Assembly: GCA_964016885.1 (NCBI GenBank)
Contig: OZ024752.1
Location: 19,220,001 to 19,284,000, forward strand
Direction of reading: 5' to 3'
Length of the DNA stretch: 64,000 bases
Source: Eledone cirrhosa
Lineage: Eukaryota
Part shown: positions 13,201 to 28,500 of the stretch, piece by piece
Layout of the letters: the number at the start of each line of letters is the position of its first letter
Numbering within the stretch: the stretch's first letter is position 1
Program-made: the position numbers and the translations under genes
The notes under the pieces: generated by a model
Database searches by the model: none
Told to the model about the DNA's origin: nothing
Seen by the model: the letters and a program-made list of their open reading frames with translations, nothing else

Positions 13201-15099
13201 CTATATGTATATAACTGAACCCCTAAACCACACAGCTATGCTATATGTATAAAACTGACACCTTAACCACACAGCTATGCGATATGTATAAAACTGAACC
13301 CCTTAACCACACAGCTATGCTATATGTATAAAACTGAACCCCTAAACCACACAGCTATGCTATATGTATAAAACTGAACCCCTTAACCACACAGCTATGC
13401 GATATGTATAAAACTGAACCCCTTAACCACACAGCTATGCTATATGTATAAAACTGAACCCCTTAAGCACACAGCTATGCTATATGTATAAAACTGAACC
13501 CCTTAACCACACAGCTATGCTATATGTATAAAACTGAACCCCTTAACCACACAGCTATGCTATATGTATAAAACTGAACCCCTTAACCACACAGCTATGC
13601 TATATGTATAAAACTGAACCCCTTAACCACACAGCTATGCTATATGCATAAAACTGAACCCCTTAACCACACAGCTATGCTATATGTATAAAACTGAACC
13701 CCTTAACCACACAGCTATGCTATATGTATAAAACTGAACCCCTTAACCACACAGCTATGCTATATGTATAAAACTGAACCCCTTAACCACACAGCTATGC
13801 TATATGCATAAAACTTAACCCCTTAACCACACAGCTATGCTATATGTATAAAACTGAACCCCTTAACCACACAGCTATGCTATATGCATAAAACTGAACC
13901 CCTTAACCACACAGCTATGCTATATGTATAAAACTGAACCCCTTAACCACACAGCTATGCTATATGTATAAAACTGAACCCCTTAACCACACAGCTATGC
14001 TATATGTATAAAACTGAACCCCTTAACCACACAGCTATGCTATATGCATAAAACTGAACCCCTTAACCACACAGCTATGCTATATGTATAAAACTGAACC
14101 CCTTAACCACACAGCTATGCTATATGCATAAAACTGAACCCCTTAACCACACAGCTATGCTATATGTATAAAACTGAACCCCTTAACCACACAGCTATGC
14201 TATATGTATAAAACTGAACCCCTTAACCACACAGCTATGCTATATGTATAAAACTGAACCCCTTAACCACACAGCTATGCTATATGCATAAAACTGAACC
14301 CCTTAACCACACAGCTATGCTATATGTATAAATTTGAACCCCTTAGCCACACAGCTATGCTATATGTATAAAACTGAACCCCTTAACCACACAGCTATGC
14401 TATATGTATAAAACTGAACCCCTTAACCACACAGCTATGCTATATGTATAAAACTGAACCCCTTAACTACACAGCTATGCTATATGTATAAAACTGAACC
14501 CCTTAACCACACAGCTATGCTATATGTACATAACTGAACCCCTTAACCACACAGCTATGCTATATGTATAAAACTGAACCCCTTAACTACACAGCTATGC
14601 TATATGTATAAAACAGAACCCCTTAACCACACAGCTATGCTATATGTATAAAACTGAACCCCTTAACCACACAGCTATGCTATATGTATAAAACTGAACC
14701 CCTTAACCACACAGCTATGCTATATGTATGAAACTGAACCCCTTAGCCACACAGCTATGCTATATGTATAAAACTGAAACCCTTAACCACACAGCTATGC
14801 TATATGTATAAAACTGACCCCTTAACCACACAGCTATGCTATATGTATAAAACTGAACCCCTTAACCACACAGCTATGCTATATGTATAAAACTGAACCC
14901 CTTAACCACACAGCTATGCTATATGTATAAAACTGAACCCCTTAACCACACAGCTATGCTATATGTATAAAACTGAACCCCTTAACCACACAGCTATGCT
15001 ATATGTATAAAACTGAACCCCTTAACCACACAGCTATGCTATATGTATAAAACTGAACCCCTTAACCACACAGCTATGCTATATGTATAAAACTGAACC

Positions 15100-17520
15100 C
15101 CTTAACCACACAGCTATGCTATATGTATGAAACTGAACTCCTTAATCACACAGCTATGCTATATGTATAAAACTGAACCCCTTAACCACACAGCTATGCT
15201 ATATGTATAAAACTGAACCCCTTAACCACACAGCTATGCTATATGTATAAAACTGAACCCCTTAACCACACAGCTATGCGATATGTATAAAACTGAACCC
15301 CTTAACCACACAGCTATGCTATATGTATAAAACTGACCCCTTAACCACACAGCTATGCTATATGTATAAAACTGACCCCTTAACCACACAGCTATGCTAT
15401 ATGTATAAAACTGAACCCCTTAACCACACAGCTATGCTATATGTATAAAACTGAACCCCTAAACCACACAGCTATGCTATATGTATAAAACTGAACCCCT
15501 TAACCACACAGCTATGCGATATGTATAAAACTGAACCCCTTAACCACACAGCTATGCTATATGTATATAACTGAACCCTTTAACCACACAGCTATGCTAT
15601 ATGTATATAACTGAACCCATTAACCACACAGCTATGCTATATGCATAAAACTGAACCCCTTAACCACACAGCTATGCTATATGTGTAAAACTGAACCCCC
15701 TAACCAGGCAGCTATGCTATATGTATGAAACTGAACCCCTTAACCACACAGCTATGCTATATGTATAAAACTGAAACCCTTAACCACACAGAAATGCTAT
15801 ATGTATAAAACTGAACTCCTTAACCACACAGCTATGCTATATGTATGAAACTGAACCCCTTAACCACACAGCTATGCTATATGTATAAAACGGAACCCCT
15901 TAACCACACAGCTATGCTATATGTATAAAACTGAACCCCTGAACCACACAGCTATGCTATATGTATAAAACTGAACCCCTTAACCACACAGCTATGCTAT
16001 ATGTATAAAACTGAACCTCTTAACCACACAGGTATGCTATATGTATAAAACTGACACCTTAACCAAACAGCTATGCTATATGTATAAAACAGAACCCCTT
16101 AACCACACAGCTATGCTATATGTATAAAACTGAACCCCTTAACCACACAGCTATGCTATATGTATAAAACTGAACCCCTTAACCACACAGCTATGCTATA
16201 TGTATAAAACTGAACCCCTTAACCACACAGCTATGCTATATGTATAAAACTGAACCCCTTAACCACACAGCTATGCTATATGTATAAAACTGAACCCCTT
16301 AACCACACAGCTATGCTATATGTATAAAACTGAACCCCTTAACCACACAGCTATGCTATATGTATAAAACTGAACCCCTTAACCACACAGCTATGCTATA
16401 TGTATGAAACTGAACTCCTTAATCACACAGCTATGCTATATGTATAAAACTGAACCCCTTAACCACACAGCTATGCTATATGTATAAAACTGAACCCCTT
16501 AACCACACAGCTATGCTATATGTATAAAACTGAACCCCTTAACCACACAGCTATGCGATATGTATAAAACTGAACCCCTTAACCACACAGCTATGCTATA
16601 TGTATAAAACTGACCCCTTAACCACACAGCTATGCTATATGTATAAAACTGACCCCTTAACCACACAGCTATGCTATATGTATAAAACTGAACCCCTTAA
16701 CCACACAGCTATGCTATATGTATAAAACTGAACCCCTAAACCACACAGCTATGCTATATGTATAAAACTGAACCCCTTAACCACACAGCTATGCGATATG
16801 TATAAAACTGAACCCCTTAACCACACAGCTATGCTATATGTATATAACTGAACCCTTTAACCACACAGCTATGCTATATGTATATAACTGAACCCCTTAA
16901 CCACACAGCTATGCTATATGCATAAAACTGAACCCCTTAACCACACAGCTATGCTATATGTGTAAAACTGAACCCCCTAACCAGGCAGCTATGCTATATG
17001 TATGAAACTGAACCCCTTAACCACACAGCTATGCTATATGTATAAAACTGAAACCCTTAACCACACAGAAATGCTATATGTATAAAACTGAACTCCTTAA
17101 CCACACAGCTATGCTATATGTATGAAACTGAACCCCTTAACCACACAGCTATGCTATATGTATAAAACGGAACCCCTTAACCACACAGCTATGCTATATG
17201 TATAAAACTGAACCCCTGAACCACACAGCTATACTATATGTATAAAACTGAACCCCTTAACCACACAGCTATGCTATATGTATAAAACTGAACCTCTTAA
17301 CCACACAGGTATGCTATATGTATAAAACTGACACCTTAACCAAACAGCTATGCTATATGTATAAAACAGAACCCCTTAACCACACAGCTATGCTATATGT
17401 ATAAAACTGAACCCCTTAACCACACAGCTATGCTATATGTATAAAACTGAACCCCTTAACCACACAGCTATGCTATATGTATAAAACTGAACCCCTTAAC
17501 CACACAGCTATGCTATATGT
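15100..17520 (+). repeat. Tandem higher-order duplication, period 1277 bp (32 monomers); the same pair recurs at ~36.0-38.45 kb
   Basis: Markers recur at about +1277: TATGAAACTGAACTCC 15129/16406, CCAGGCAG ~15707/~16984, CAGAAATG ~15792/~17069, AACCTCTT ~16018/~17294. The same set recurs at ~36056/~37332, ~36633/~37910 and ~36718/~37994. Confidence 0.88.
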
Positions 17521-20500
17521 ATGAAACTGAACCCCTTAACCACACAGCTATGCTATATGTATAAAACTGAACCCCTTAACCACACAGCTATGCTATATGT
17601 ATAAAACTGAACTCCTTAATCACACAGCTATGCTATATGTATAAAACTGAACCCCTTAACCACACAGCTATGCTATATGTATAAAACTGAACCCCTTAAC
17701 CACACAGCTATGCTATATGTATAAAACTGAACCCCTTAACCACACAGCTATGCTATATGTATAAAACTGACACCTTAACCACACAGCTATGCTATATGTA
17801 TAAAACTGAACTCCTTAATCACACAGCTATGCTATATGTATAAAACTGAACCCCTTAACCACACAGCTATGCTATATGTATAAAACTGAACCCCTTAACC
17901 ACACAGCTATGCTATATGTATAAAACTGAACCCCTAAACCACACAGCTATGCTATATGTATAAAACTGAATCCCTTAACCACACAGCTATGCGATATGTA
18001 TAAAACTGAACCCCTTAACCACACAGCTATGCTATATGTATAAAACTGAACTCCTTAATCACACAGCTATGCTATATGTATAAAACTGAACCCCTTAACC
18101 ACACAGCTATGCTATATGTATAAAACTGAACCCCTTAACCACACAACTATGCGATATGTATAAAACTGAACCCCTTAACCACACAGCTATGCTATATGTA
18201 TATAACTGAACCCCTAAACCACACAGCTATGCTATATGTATAAAACTGACACCTTAACCACACAGCTATGCGATATGTATAAAACTGAACCCCTTAACCA
18301 CACAGCTATGCTATATGCATAAAACTGAACCCCTAAACCACACAGCTATGCTATATGTATAAAACTGAACCCCTTAACCACACAGCTATGCGATATGTAT
18401 AAAACTGAACCCCTTAACCACACAGCTATGCTATATGTATAAAACTGAACCCCTTAACCACACAGCTATGCTATATGTATAAAACTGAACCCCTTAACCA
18501 CACAGCTATGCTATATGTATAAAACTGAACCCCTTAACCACACAGCTATGCTATATGTATAAAACTGAACCCCTTAACCACACAGCTATGCTATATGTAT
18601 AAAACTGAACCCCTTAACCACACAGCTATGCTATATGCATAAAACTGAACCCCTTAACCACACAGCTATGCTATATGTATAAAACTGAACCCCTTAACCA
18701 CACAGCTATGCTATATGTATAAAACTGAACCCCTTAACCACACAGCTATGCTATATGTATAAAACTGAACCCCTTAACCACACAGCTATGCTATATGCAT
18801 AAAACTGAACCCCTTAACCACACAGCTATGCTATATGTATAAAACTGAACCCCTTAACCACACAGCTATGCTATATGGATAAAACTGAACCCCTTAACCA
18901 CACAGCTATGCTATATGTATAAAACTGAACCCCTTAACCACACAGCTATGCTATATGTATAAAACTGAACCCCTTAACCACACAGCTATGCTATATGTAT
19001 AAAACTGAACCCCTTAACCACACAGCTATGCTATATGCATAAAACTGAACCCCTTAACCACACAGCTATGCTATATGTATAAAACTGAACCCCTTAACCA
19101 CACAGCTATGCTATATGCATAAAACTGAACCCCTTAACCACACAGCTATGCTATATGTATAAAACTGAACCCCTTAACCACACAGCTATGCTATATGTAT
19201 AAAACTGAACCCCTTAACCACACAGCTATGCTATATGTATAAAACTGAACACCTTAACCACACAGCTATGCTATATGCATAAAACTGAACCCCTTAACCA
19301 CACAGCTATGCTATATGTATAAATTTGAACCCCTTAGCCACACAGCTATGCTATATGTATAAAACTGAACCCCTTAACCACACAGCTATGCTATATGTAT
19401 AAAACTGAACCCCTTAACCACACAGCTATGCTATATGTATAAAACTGAACCCCTTAACTACACAGCTATGCTATATGTATAAAACTGAACCCCTTAACCA
19501 CACAGCTATGCTATATGTACATAACTGAACCCCTTAACCACACAGCTATGCTATATGCATAAAACTGAACCCCTTAACCACACAGCTATGCTATATGTAC
19601 ATAACTGAACCCCTTAACCACACAGCTATGCTATATGTATAAAACTGACACCTTAACCACACAGCTATGCTATATGTATAAAACTGAACCCCTTAACCAC
19701 ACAGCTATGCTATATGTATAAAACTGAACCCCTTAACTACACAGCTATGCTATATGTATAAAACAGAACCCCTTAACCACACAGCTATGCTATATGTATA
19801 AAACTGAACCCCTTAACCACACAGCTATGCTATATGTATAAAACTGAACCCCTTAACCACACAGCTATGCTATATGTATGAAACTGAACCCCTTAGCCAC
19901 ACAGCTATGCTATATGTATAAAACTGAAACCCTTAACCACACAGCTATGCTATATGTATAAAACTGACCCCTTAACCACACAGCTATGCTATATGTATAA
20001 AACTGAACCCCTTAACCACACAGCTATGCTATATGTATAAAACTGAACCCCTTAACCACACAGCTATGCTATATGTAGAAAACTGAACCCCTTAACCACA
20101 CAGCTATGCTATATGTAGAAAACTGAACCCCTTAACCACACAGCTATGCTATATGTATAAAACTGAACCCCTTAACCACACAGCTATGCTATATGTATAA
20201 AACTGAACCCCTTAACCACACAGCTATGGTATATGTATAAAACTGAACCCCTTAACCACACAGCTATGCTATATGTATAAAACTGAACCCCTTAACCACA
20301 CAGCTATGCTATATGTATAAAACTGAACCCCTTAACCACACAGCTATGCTATATGTATAAAACTGAACCCCTTAACCACACAGCTATGCAATATGTATAA
20401 AACTGAACCCCTTAACCACACAGCTATGCTATATCTATAAAACTGAACCCCTTAACCACACAGCTATGCTTTATGTATAAAACTGAACCCCTTAACCACA

Positions 20501-22500
20501 CAGCTATGCTATATGTATAAAACTGAACCCCTTAACCACACAGCTATGATATATGTATAAAACGGAATACCTTAACCACACAGCTATGCTATATGTATAA
20601 AACTGAACCCCTGAACCACACAGCTATGCTATATGTACATAACTGAACCCCTTAACCACACAGCTATGCTATATGTACATAACTGAACCCCTTAACCACA
20701 CAGCTATGCTATATGTATAAAACTGAACCCCTTAACCACACAGCTATGCTATATGTATAAAACGGAACCCCTTAACCACACAGCTATGCTATATGTATAA
20801 AACTGAACCCCTGAACCACACAGCTATGCTATATGTATAAAACTGAACCCCTTAACCACACAGCTATGCTATATGTATAAAACTGAACCCCTTAACCACA
20901 CAGGTATGCTATATGTATAAAACTGACACCTTAACCAAACAGCTATGCTATATGTATAAAACAGAACCCCTTAACCACACAGCTATGCTATATGTATAAA
21001 ACTGAACCCCTTAACCACACAGCTATGCTATATGTATAAAACTGAACCCCTTAACCACACAGCTATGCTATATGTATAAAACTGAACCCCTTAACCACAC
21101 AGCTATGCTATATGTATGAAACTGAACCCCTTAACCACACAGCTATGCTATATGTATAAAACTGAACCCCTTAACCACACAGCTATGCTATATGTATAAA
21201 ACTGAACTCCTTAATCACACAGCTATGCTATATGTATAAAACTGAACCCCTTAACCACACAGCTATGCTATATGTATAAAACTGAACCCCTTAACCACAC
21301 AGCTATGCTATATGTATAAAACTGAACCCCTTAACCACACAGCTATGCTATATGTATAAAACTGACACCTTAACCACACAGCTATGCTATATGTATAAAA
21401 CTGAACTCCTTAATCACACAGCTATGCTATATGTATAAAACTGAACCCCTTAACCACACAGCTATGCTATATGTATAAAACTGAACCCCTTAACCACACA
21501 GCTATGCTATATGTATAAAACTGAACCCCTAAACCACACAGCTATGCTATATGTATAAAACTGAATCCCTTAACCACACAGCTATGCGATATGTATAAAA
21601 CTGAACCCCTTAACCACACAGCTATGCTATATGTATAAAACTGAACTCCTTAATCACACAGCTATGCTATATGTATAAAACTGAACCCCTTAACCACACA
21701 GCTATGCTATATGTATAAAACTGAACCCCTTAACCACACAGCTATGCTATATGTATAAAACTGAACCCCTTAACCACACAGCTATGCGATATGTATAAAA
21801 CTGAACCCCTTAACCACACAGCTATGCTATATGTATATAACTGAACCCCTAAACCACACAGCTATGCTATATGTATAAAACTGACACCTTAACCACACAG
21901 CTATGCGATATGTATAAAACTGAACCCCTTAACCACACAGCTATGCTATATGTATAAAACTGAACCCCTAAACTACACAGCTATGCTATATGTATAAAAC
22001 TGAACCCCTTAACCACACAGCTATGCGATATGTATAAAACTGAACCCCTTAACCACACAGCTATGCTATATGTATAAAACTGAACCCCTTAACCACACAG
22101 CTATGCTATATGTATAAAACTGAACCCCTTAACCACACAGCTATGCTATATGTATAAAACTGAACCCCTTAACCACACAGCTATGCTATATGTATAAAAC
22201 TGAACCACTTAACCACACAGCTATGCTATATGTATAAAACTGAACCCCTTAACCACACAGCTATGCTATATGCATAAAACTGAACCCCTTAACCACACAG
22301 CTATGCTATATGTATAAAACTGAACCCCTTAACCACACAGCTATGCTATATGTATAAAACTGAACCCCTTAACCACACAGCTATGCTATATGTATAAAAC
22401 TGAACCCCTTAACCACACAGCTATGCTATATGCATAAAACTGAACCCCTTAACCACACAGCTATGCTATATGTATAAAACTGAACCCCTTAACCACACAG
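16150..22500 (+). repeat. Long segment copy of ~3400-9800 (offset 12,740 then 12,699 bp)
   Basis: Shared ordered markers: CAACTATGCG ~5447/~18146, ATATGGATAA ~6178/~18877, AAATTTGAA ~6625/~19324, ACGGAATACC ~7863/~20562, GAACCACTT 9508/22207. Confidence 0.88.
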
Positions 22501-25500
22501 CTATGCTATATGTATAAAACTGAACCCCTTAACCACACAGCTATGCTATATGTATAAAACTGAACACCTTAACCACACAGCTATGCTATATGCATAAAAC
22601 TGAACCCCTTAACCACACAGCTATGCTATATGTATAAATTTGAACCCCTTAGCCACACAGCTATGCTATATGTATAAAACTGAACCCCTTAACCACACAG
22701 CTATGCTATATGTATAAAACTGAACCCCTTAACCACACAGCTATGCTATATGTATAAAACTGAACCCCTTAACTACACAGCTATGCTATATGTATAAAAC
22801 TGAACCCCTTAACCACACAGCTATGCTATATGTACATAACTGAACCCCTTAACCACACAGCTATGCTATATGCATAAAACTGAACCCCTTAACCACACAG
22901 CTATGCTATATGTACATAACTGAACCCCTTAACCACACAGCTATGCTATATGTATAAAACTGACACCTTAACCACACAGCTATGCTATATGTATAAAACT
23001 GAACCCCTTAACCACACAGCTATGCTATATGTATAAAACTGAACCCCTTAACTACACAGCTATGCTATATGTATAAAACAGAACCCCTTAACCACACAGC
23101 TATGCTATATGTATAAAACTGAACCCCTTAACCACACAGCTATGCTATATGTATAAAACTGAACCCCTTAACCACACAGCTATGCTATATGTATGAAACT
23201 GAACCCCTTAGCCACACAGCTATGCTATATGTATAAAACTGAAACCCTTAACCACACAGCTATGCTATATGTATAAAACTGACCCCTTAACCACACAGCT
23301 ATGCTATATGTATAAAACTGAACCCCTTAACCACACAGCTATGCTATATGTATAAAACTGAACCCCTTAACCACACAGCTATGCTATATGTAGAAAACTG
23401 AACCCCTTAACCACACAGCTATGCTATATGTAGAAAACTGAACCCCTTAACCACACAGCTATGCTATATGTATAAAACTGAACCCCTTAACCACACAGCT
23501 ATGCTATATGTATAAAACTGAACCCCTTAACCACACAGCTATGGTATATGTATAAAACTGAACCCCTTAACCACACAGCTATGCTATATGTATAAAACTG
23601 AACCCCTTAACCACACAGCTATGCTATATGTATAAAACTGAACCCCTTAACCACACAGCTATGCAATATGTATAAAACTGAACCCCTTAACCACACAGCT
23701 ATGCTATATCTATAAAACTGAACCCCTTAACCACACAGCTATGCTTTATGTATAAAACTGAACCCCTTAACCACACAGCTATGCTATATGTATAAAACTG
23801 AACCCCTTAACCACACAGCTATGATATATGTATAAAACGGAATACCTTAACCACACAGCTATGCTATATGTATAAAACTGAACCCCTGAACCACACAGCT
23901 ATGCTATATGTACATAACTGAACCCCTTAACCACACAGCTATGCTATATGTACATAACTGAACCCCTTAACCACACAGCTATGCTATATGTATAAAACTG
24001 AACCCCTTAACCACACAGCTATGCTATATGTATAAAACGGAACCCCTTAACCACACAGCTATGCTATATGTATAAAACTGAACCCCTGAACCACACAGCT
24101 ATGCTATATGTATAAAACTGAACCCCTTAACCACACAGCTATGCTATATGTATAAAACTGAACCCCTTAACCACACAGGTATGCTATATGTATAAAACTG
24201 ACACCTTAACCAAACAGCTATGCTATATGTATAAAACAGAACCCCTTAACCACACAGCTATGCTATATGTATAAAACTGAACCCCTTAACCACACAGCTA
24301 TGCTATATGTATAAAACTGAACCCCTTAACCACACAGCTATGCTATATGTATAAAACTGAACCCCTTAACCACACAGCTATGCTATATGTATGAAACTGA
24401 ACCCCTTAACCACACAGCTATGCTATATGTATAAAACTGAACCCCTTAACCACACAGCTATGCTATATGTATAAAACTGAACTCCTTAATCACACAGCTA
24501 TGCTATATGTATAAAACTGAACCCCTTAACCACACAGCTATGCTATATGTATAAAACTGAACCCCTTAACCACACAGCTATGCTATATGTATAAAACTGA
24601 ACCCCTTAACCACACAGCTATGCTATATGTATAAAACTGACACCTTAACCACACAGCTATGCTATATGTATAAAACTGAACTCCTTAATCACACAGCTAT
24701 GCTATATGTATAAAACTGAACCCCTTAACCACACAGCTATGCTATATGTATAAAACTGAACCCCTTAACCACACAGCTATGCTATATGTATAAAACTGAA
24801 CCCCTAAACCACACAGCTATGCTATATGTATAAAACTGAATCCCTTAACCACACAGCTATGCGATATGTATAAAACTGAACCCCTTAACCACACAGCTAT
24901 GCTATATGTATAAAACTGAACTCCTTAATCACACAGCTATGCTATATGTATAAAACTGAACCCCTTAACCACACAGCTATGCTATATGTATAAAACTGAA
25001 CCCCTTAACCACACAGCTATGCTATATGTATAAAACTGAACCCCTTAACCACACAGCTATGCGATATGTATAAAACTGAACCCCTTAACCACACAGCTAT
25101 GCTATATGTATATAACTGAACCCCTAAACCACACAGCTATGCTATATGTATAAAACTGACACCTTAACCACACAGCTATGCGATATGTATAAAACTGAAC
25201 CCCTTAACCACACAGCTATGCTATATGTATAAAACTGAACCCCTAAACCACACAGCTATGCTATATGTATAAAACTGAACCCCTTAACCACACAGCTATG
25301 CGATATGTATAAAACTGAACCCCTTAACCACACAGCTATGCTATATGTATAAAACTGAACCCCTTAACCACACAGCTATGCTATATGTATAAAACTGAAC
25401 CCCTTAACCACACAGCTATGCTATATGTATAAAACTGAACCCCTTAACCACACAGCTATGCTATATGTATAAAACTGAACCACTTAACCACACAGCTATG

Positions 25501-28500
25501 CTATATGTATAAAACTGAACCCCTTAACCACACAGCTATGCTATATGCATAAAACTGAACCCCTTAACCACACAGCTATGCTATATGTATAAAACTGAAC
25601 CCCTTAACCACACAGCTATGCTATATGTATAAAACTGAACCCCTTAACCACACAGCTATGCTATATGTATAAAACTGAACCCCTTAACCACACAGCTATG
25701 CTATATGCATAAAACTGAACCCCTTAACCACACAGCTATGCTATATGTATAAAACTGAACCCCTTAACCACACAGCTATGCTATATGCATAAAACTGAAC
25801 CCCTTAACCACACAGCTATGCTATATGTATAAAACTGAACCCCTTAACCACACAGCTATGCTATATGTATAAAACTGAACCCCTTAACCACACAGCTATG
25901 CTATATGTATAAAACTGAACCCCTTAACCACACAGCTATGCTATATGCATAAAACTGAACCCCTTAACCACACAGCTATGCTATATGTATAAAACTGAAC
26001 CCCTTAACCACACAGCTATGCTATATGCATAAAACTGAACCCCTTAACCACACAGCTATGCTATATGTATAAAACTGAACCCCTTAACCACACAGCTATG
26101 CTATATGTATAAAACTGAACCCCTTAACCACACAGCTATGCTATATGTATAAAACTGAACCCCTTAACCACACAGCTATGCTATATGCATAAAACTGAAC
26201 CCCTTAACCACACAGCTATGCTATATGTATAAATTTGAACCCCTTAGCCACACAGCTATGCTATATGTATAAAACTGAACCCCTTAACCACACAGCTATG
26301 CTATATGTATAAAACTGAACCCCTTAACCACACAGCTATGCTATATGTATAAAACTGAACCCCTTAACTACACAGCTATGCTATATGTATAAAACTGAAC
26401 CCCTTAACCACACAGCTATGCTATATGTACATAACTGAACCCCTTAACCACACAGCTATGCTATATACATAAAACTGAACCCCTTAACCACACAGCTATG
26501 CTATATGTACATAACTGAACCCCTTAACCACACAGCTATGCTATATGTATAAAACTGACACCTTAACCACACAGCTATGCTATATGTATAAAACTGAACC
26601 CCTTAACCACACAGCTATGCTATATGTATAAAACTGAACCCCTTAACTACACAGCTATGCTATATGTATAAAACAGAACCCCTTAACCACACAGCTATGC
26701 TATATGTATAAAACTGAACCCCTTAACCACACAGCTATGCTATATGTATAAAACTGAACCCCTTAACCACACAGCTATGCTATATGTATGAAACTGAACC
26801 CCTTAGCCACACAGCTATGCTATATGTATAAAACTGAAACCCTTAACCACACAGCTATGCTATATGTATAAAACTGACCCCTTAACCACACAGCTATGCT
26901 ATATGTATAAAACTGAACCCCTTAACCACACAGCTATGCTATATGTATAAAACTGAACCCCTTAACCACACAGCTATGCTATATGTAGAAAACTGAACCC
27001 CTTAACCACACAGCTATGCTATATGTAGAAAACTGAACCCCTTAACCACACAGCTATGCTATATGTATAAAACTGAACCCCTTAACCACACAGCTATGCT
27101 ATATGTATAAAACTGAACCCCTTAACCACACAGCTATGGTATATGTATAAAACTGAACCCCTTAACCACACAGCTATGCTATATGTATAAAACTGAACCC
27201 CTTAACCACACAGCTATGCTATATGTATAAAACTGAACCCCTTAACCACACAGCTATGCTATATGTATAAAACTGAACCCCTTAACCACACAGCTATGCA
27301 ATATGTATAAAACTGAACCCCTTAACCACACAGCTATGCTATATCTATAAAACTGAACCCCTTAACCACACAGCTATGCTTTATGTATAAAACTGAACCC
27401 CTTAACCACACAGCTATGCTATATGTATAAAACTGAACCCCTTAACCACACAGCTATGATATATGTATAAAACGGAATCCCTTAACCACACAGCTATGCT
27501 ATATGTATAAAACTGAACCCCTGAACCACACAGCTATGCTATATGTACATAACTGAACCCCTTAACCACACAGCTATGCTATATGTACATAACTGAACCC
27601 CTTAACCACACAGCTATGCTATATGTATAAAACTGAACCCCTTAACCACACAGCTATGCTATATGTATAAAACTGAACCCCTTAACCACACAGCTATGCG
27701 ATATGTATAAAACTGAACCCCTTAACCACACAGCTATGCTATATGTATAAAACTGACCCCTTAACCACACAGCTATGCTATATGTATAAAACTGACCCCT
27801 TAACCACACAGCTATGCTATATGTATAAAACTGAACCCCTTAACCACACAGCTATGCTATATGTATAAAACTGAACCCCTAAACCACACAGCTATGCTAT
27901 ATGTATAAAACTGAACCCCTTAACCACACAGCTATGCGATATGTATAAAACTGAACCCCTTAACCACACAGCTATGCTATATGTATATAACTGAACCCCT
28001 TAACCACACAGCTATGCTATATGTATATAACTGAACCCCTTAACCACACAGCTATGCTATATGCATAAAACTGAACCCCTTAACCACACAGCTATGCTAT
28101 ATGTGTAAAACTGAACCCCCTAACCAGACAGCTATGCTATATGTATGAAACTGAACCCCTTAACCACACAGCTATGCTATATGTATAAAACTGAAACCCT
28201 TAACCACACAGAAATGCTATATGTATAAAACTGAACTCCTTAACCACACAGCTATGCTATATGTATGAAACTGAACCCCTTAACCACACAGCTATGCTAT
28301 ATGTATAAAACGGAACCCCTTAACCACACAGCTATGCTATATGTATAAAACTGAACCCCTGAACCACACAGCTATGCTATATGTATAAAACTGAACCCCT
28401 TAACCACACAGGTATGCTATATGTATAAAACTGACACCTTAACCAAACAGCTATGCTATATGTATAAAACAGAACCCCTTAACCACACAGCTATGCTATA

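Noticed and set aside
13815-13826. TTAACCCCTTAA resembling a TTAA-target (piggyBac-like) transposon end; also at ~58853
   Set aside because: It arises from a single G>T substitution in an ordinary monomer. There is no inverted partner, internal sequence or transposase.
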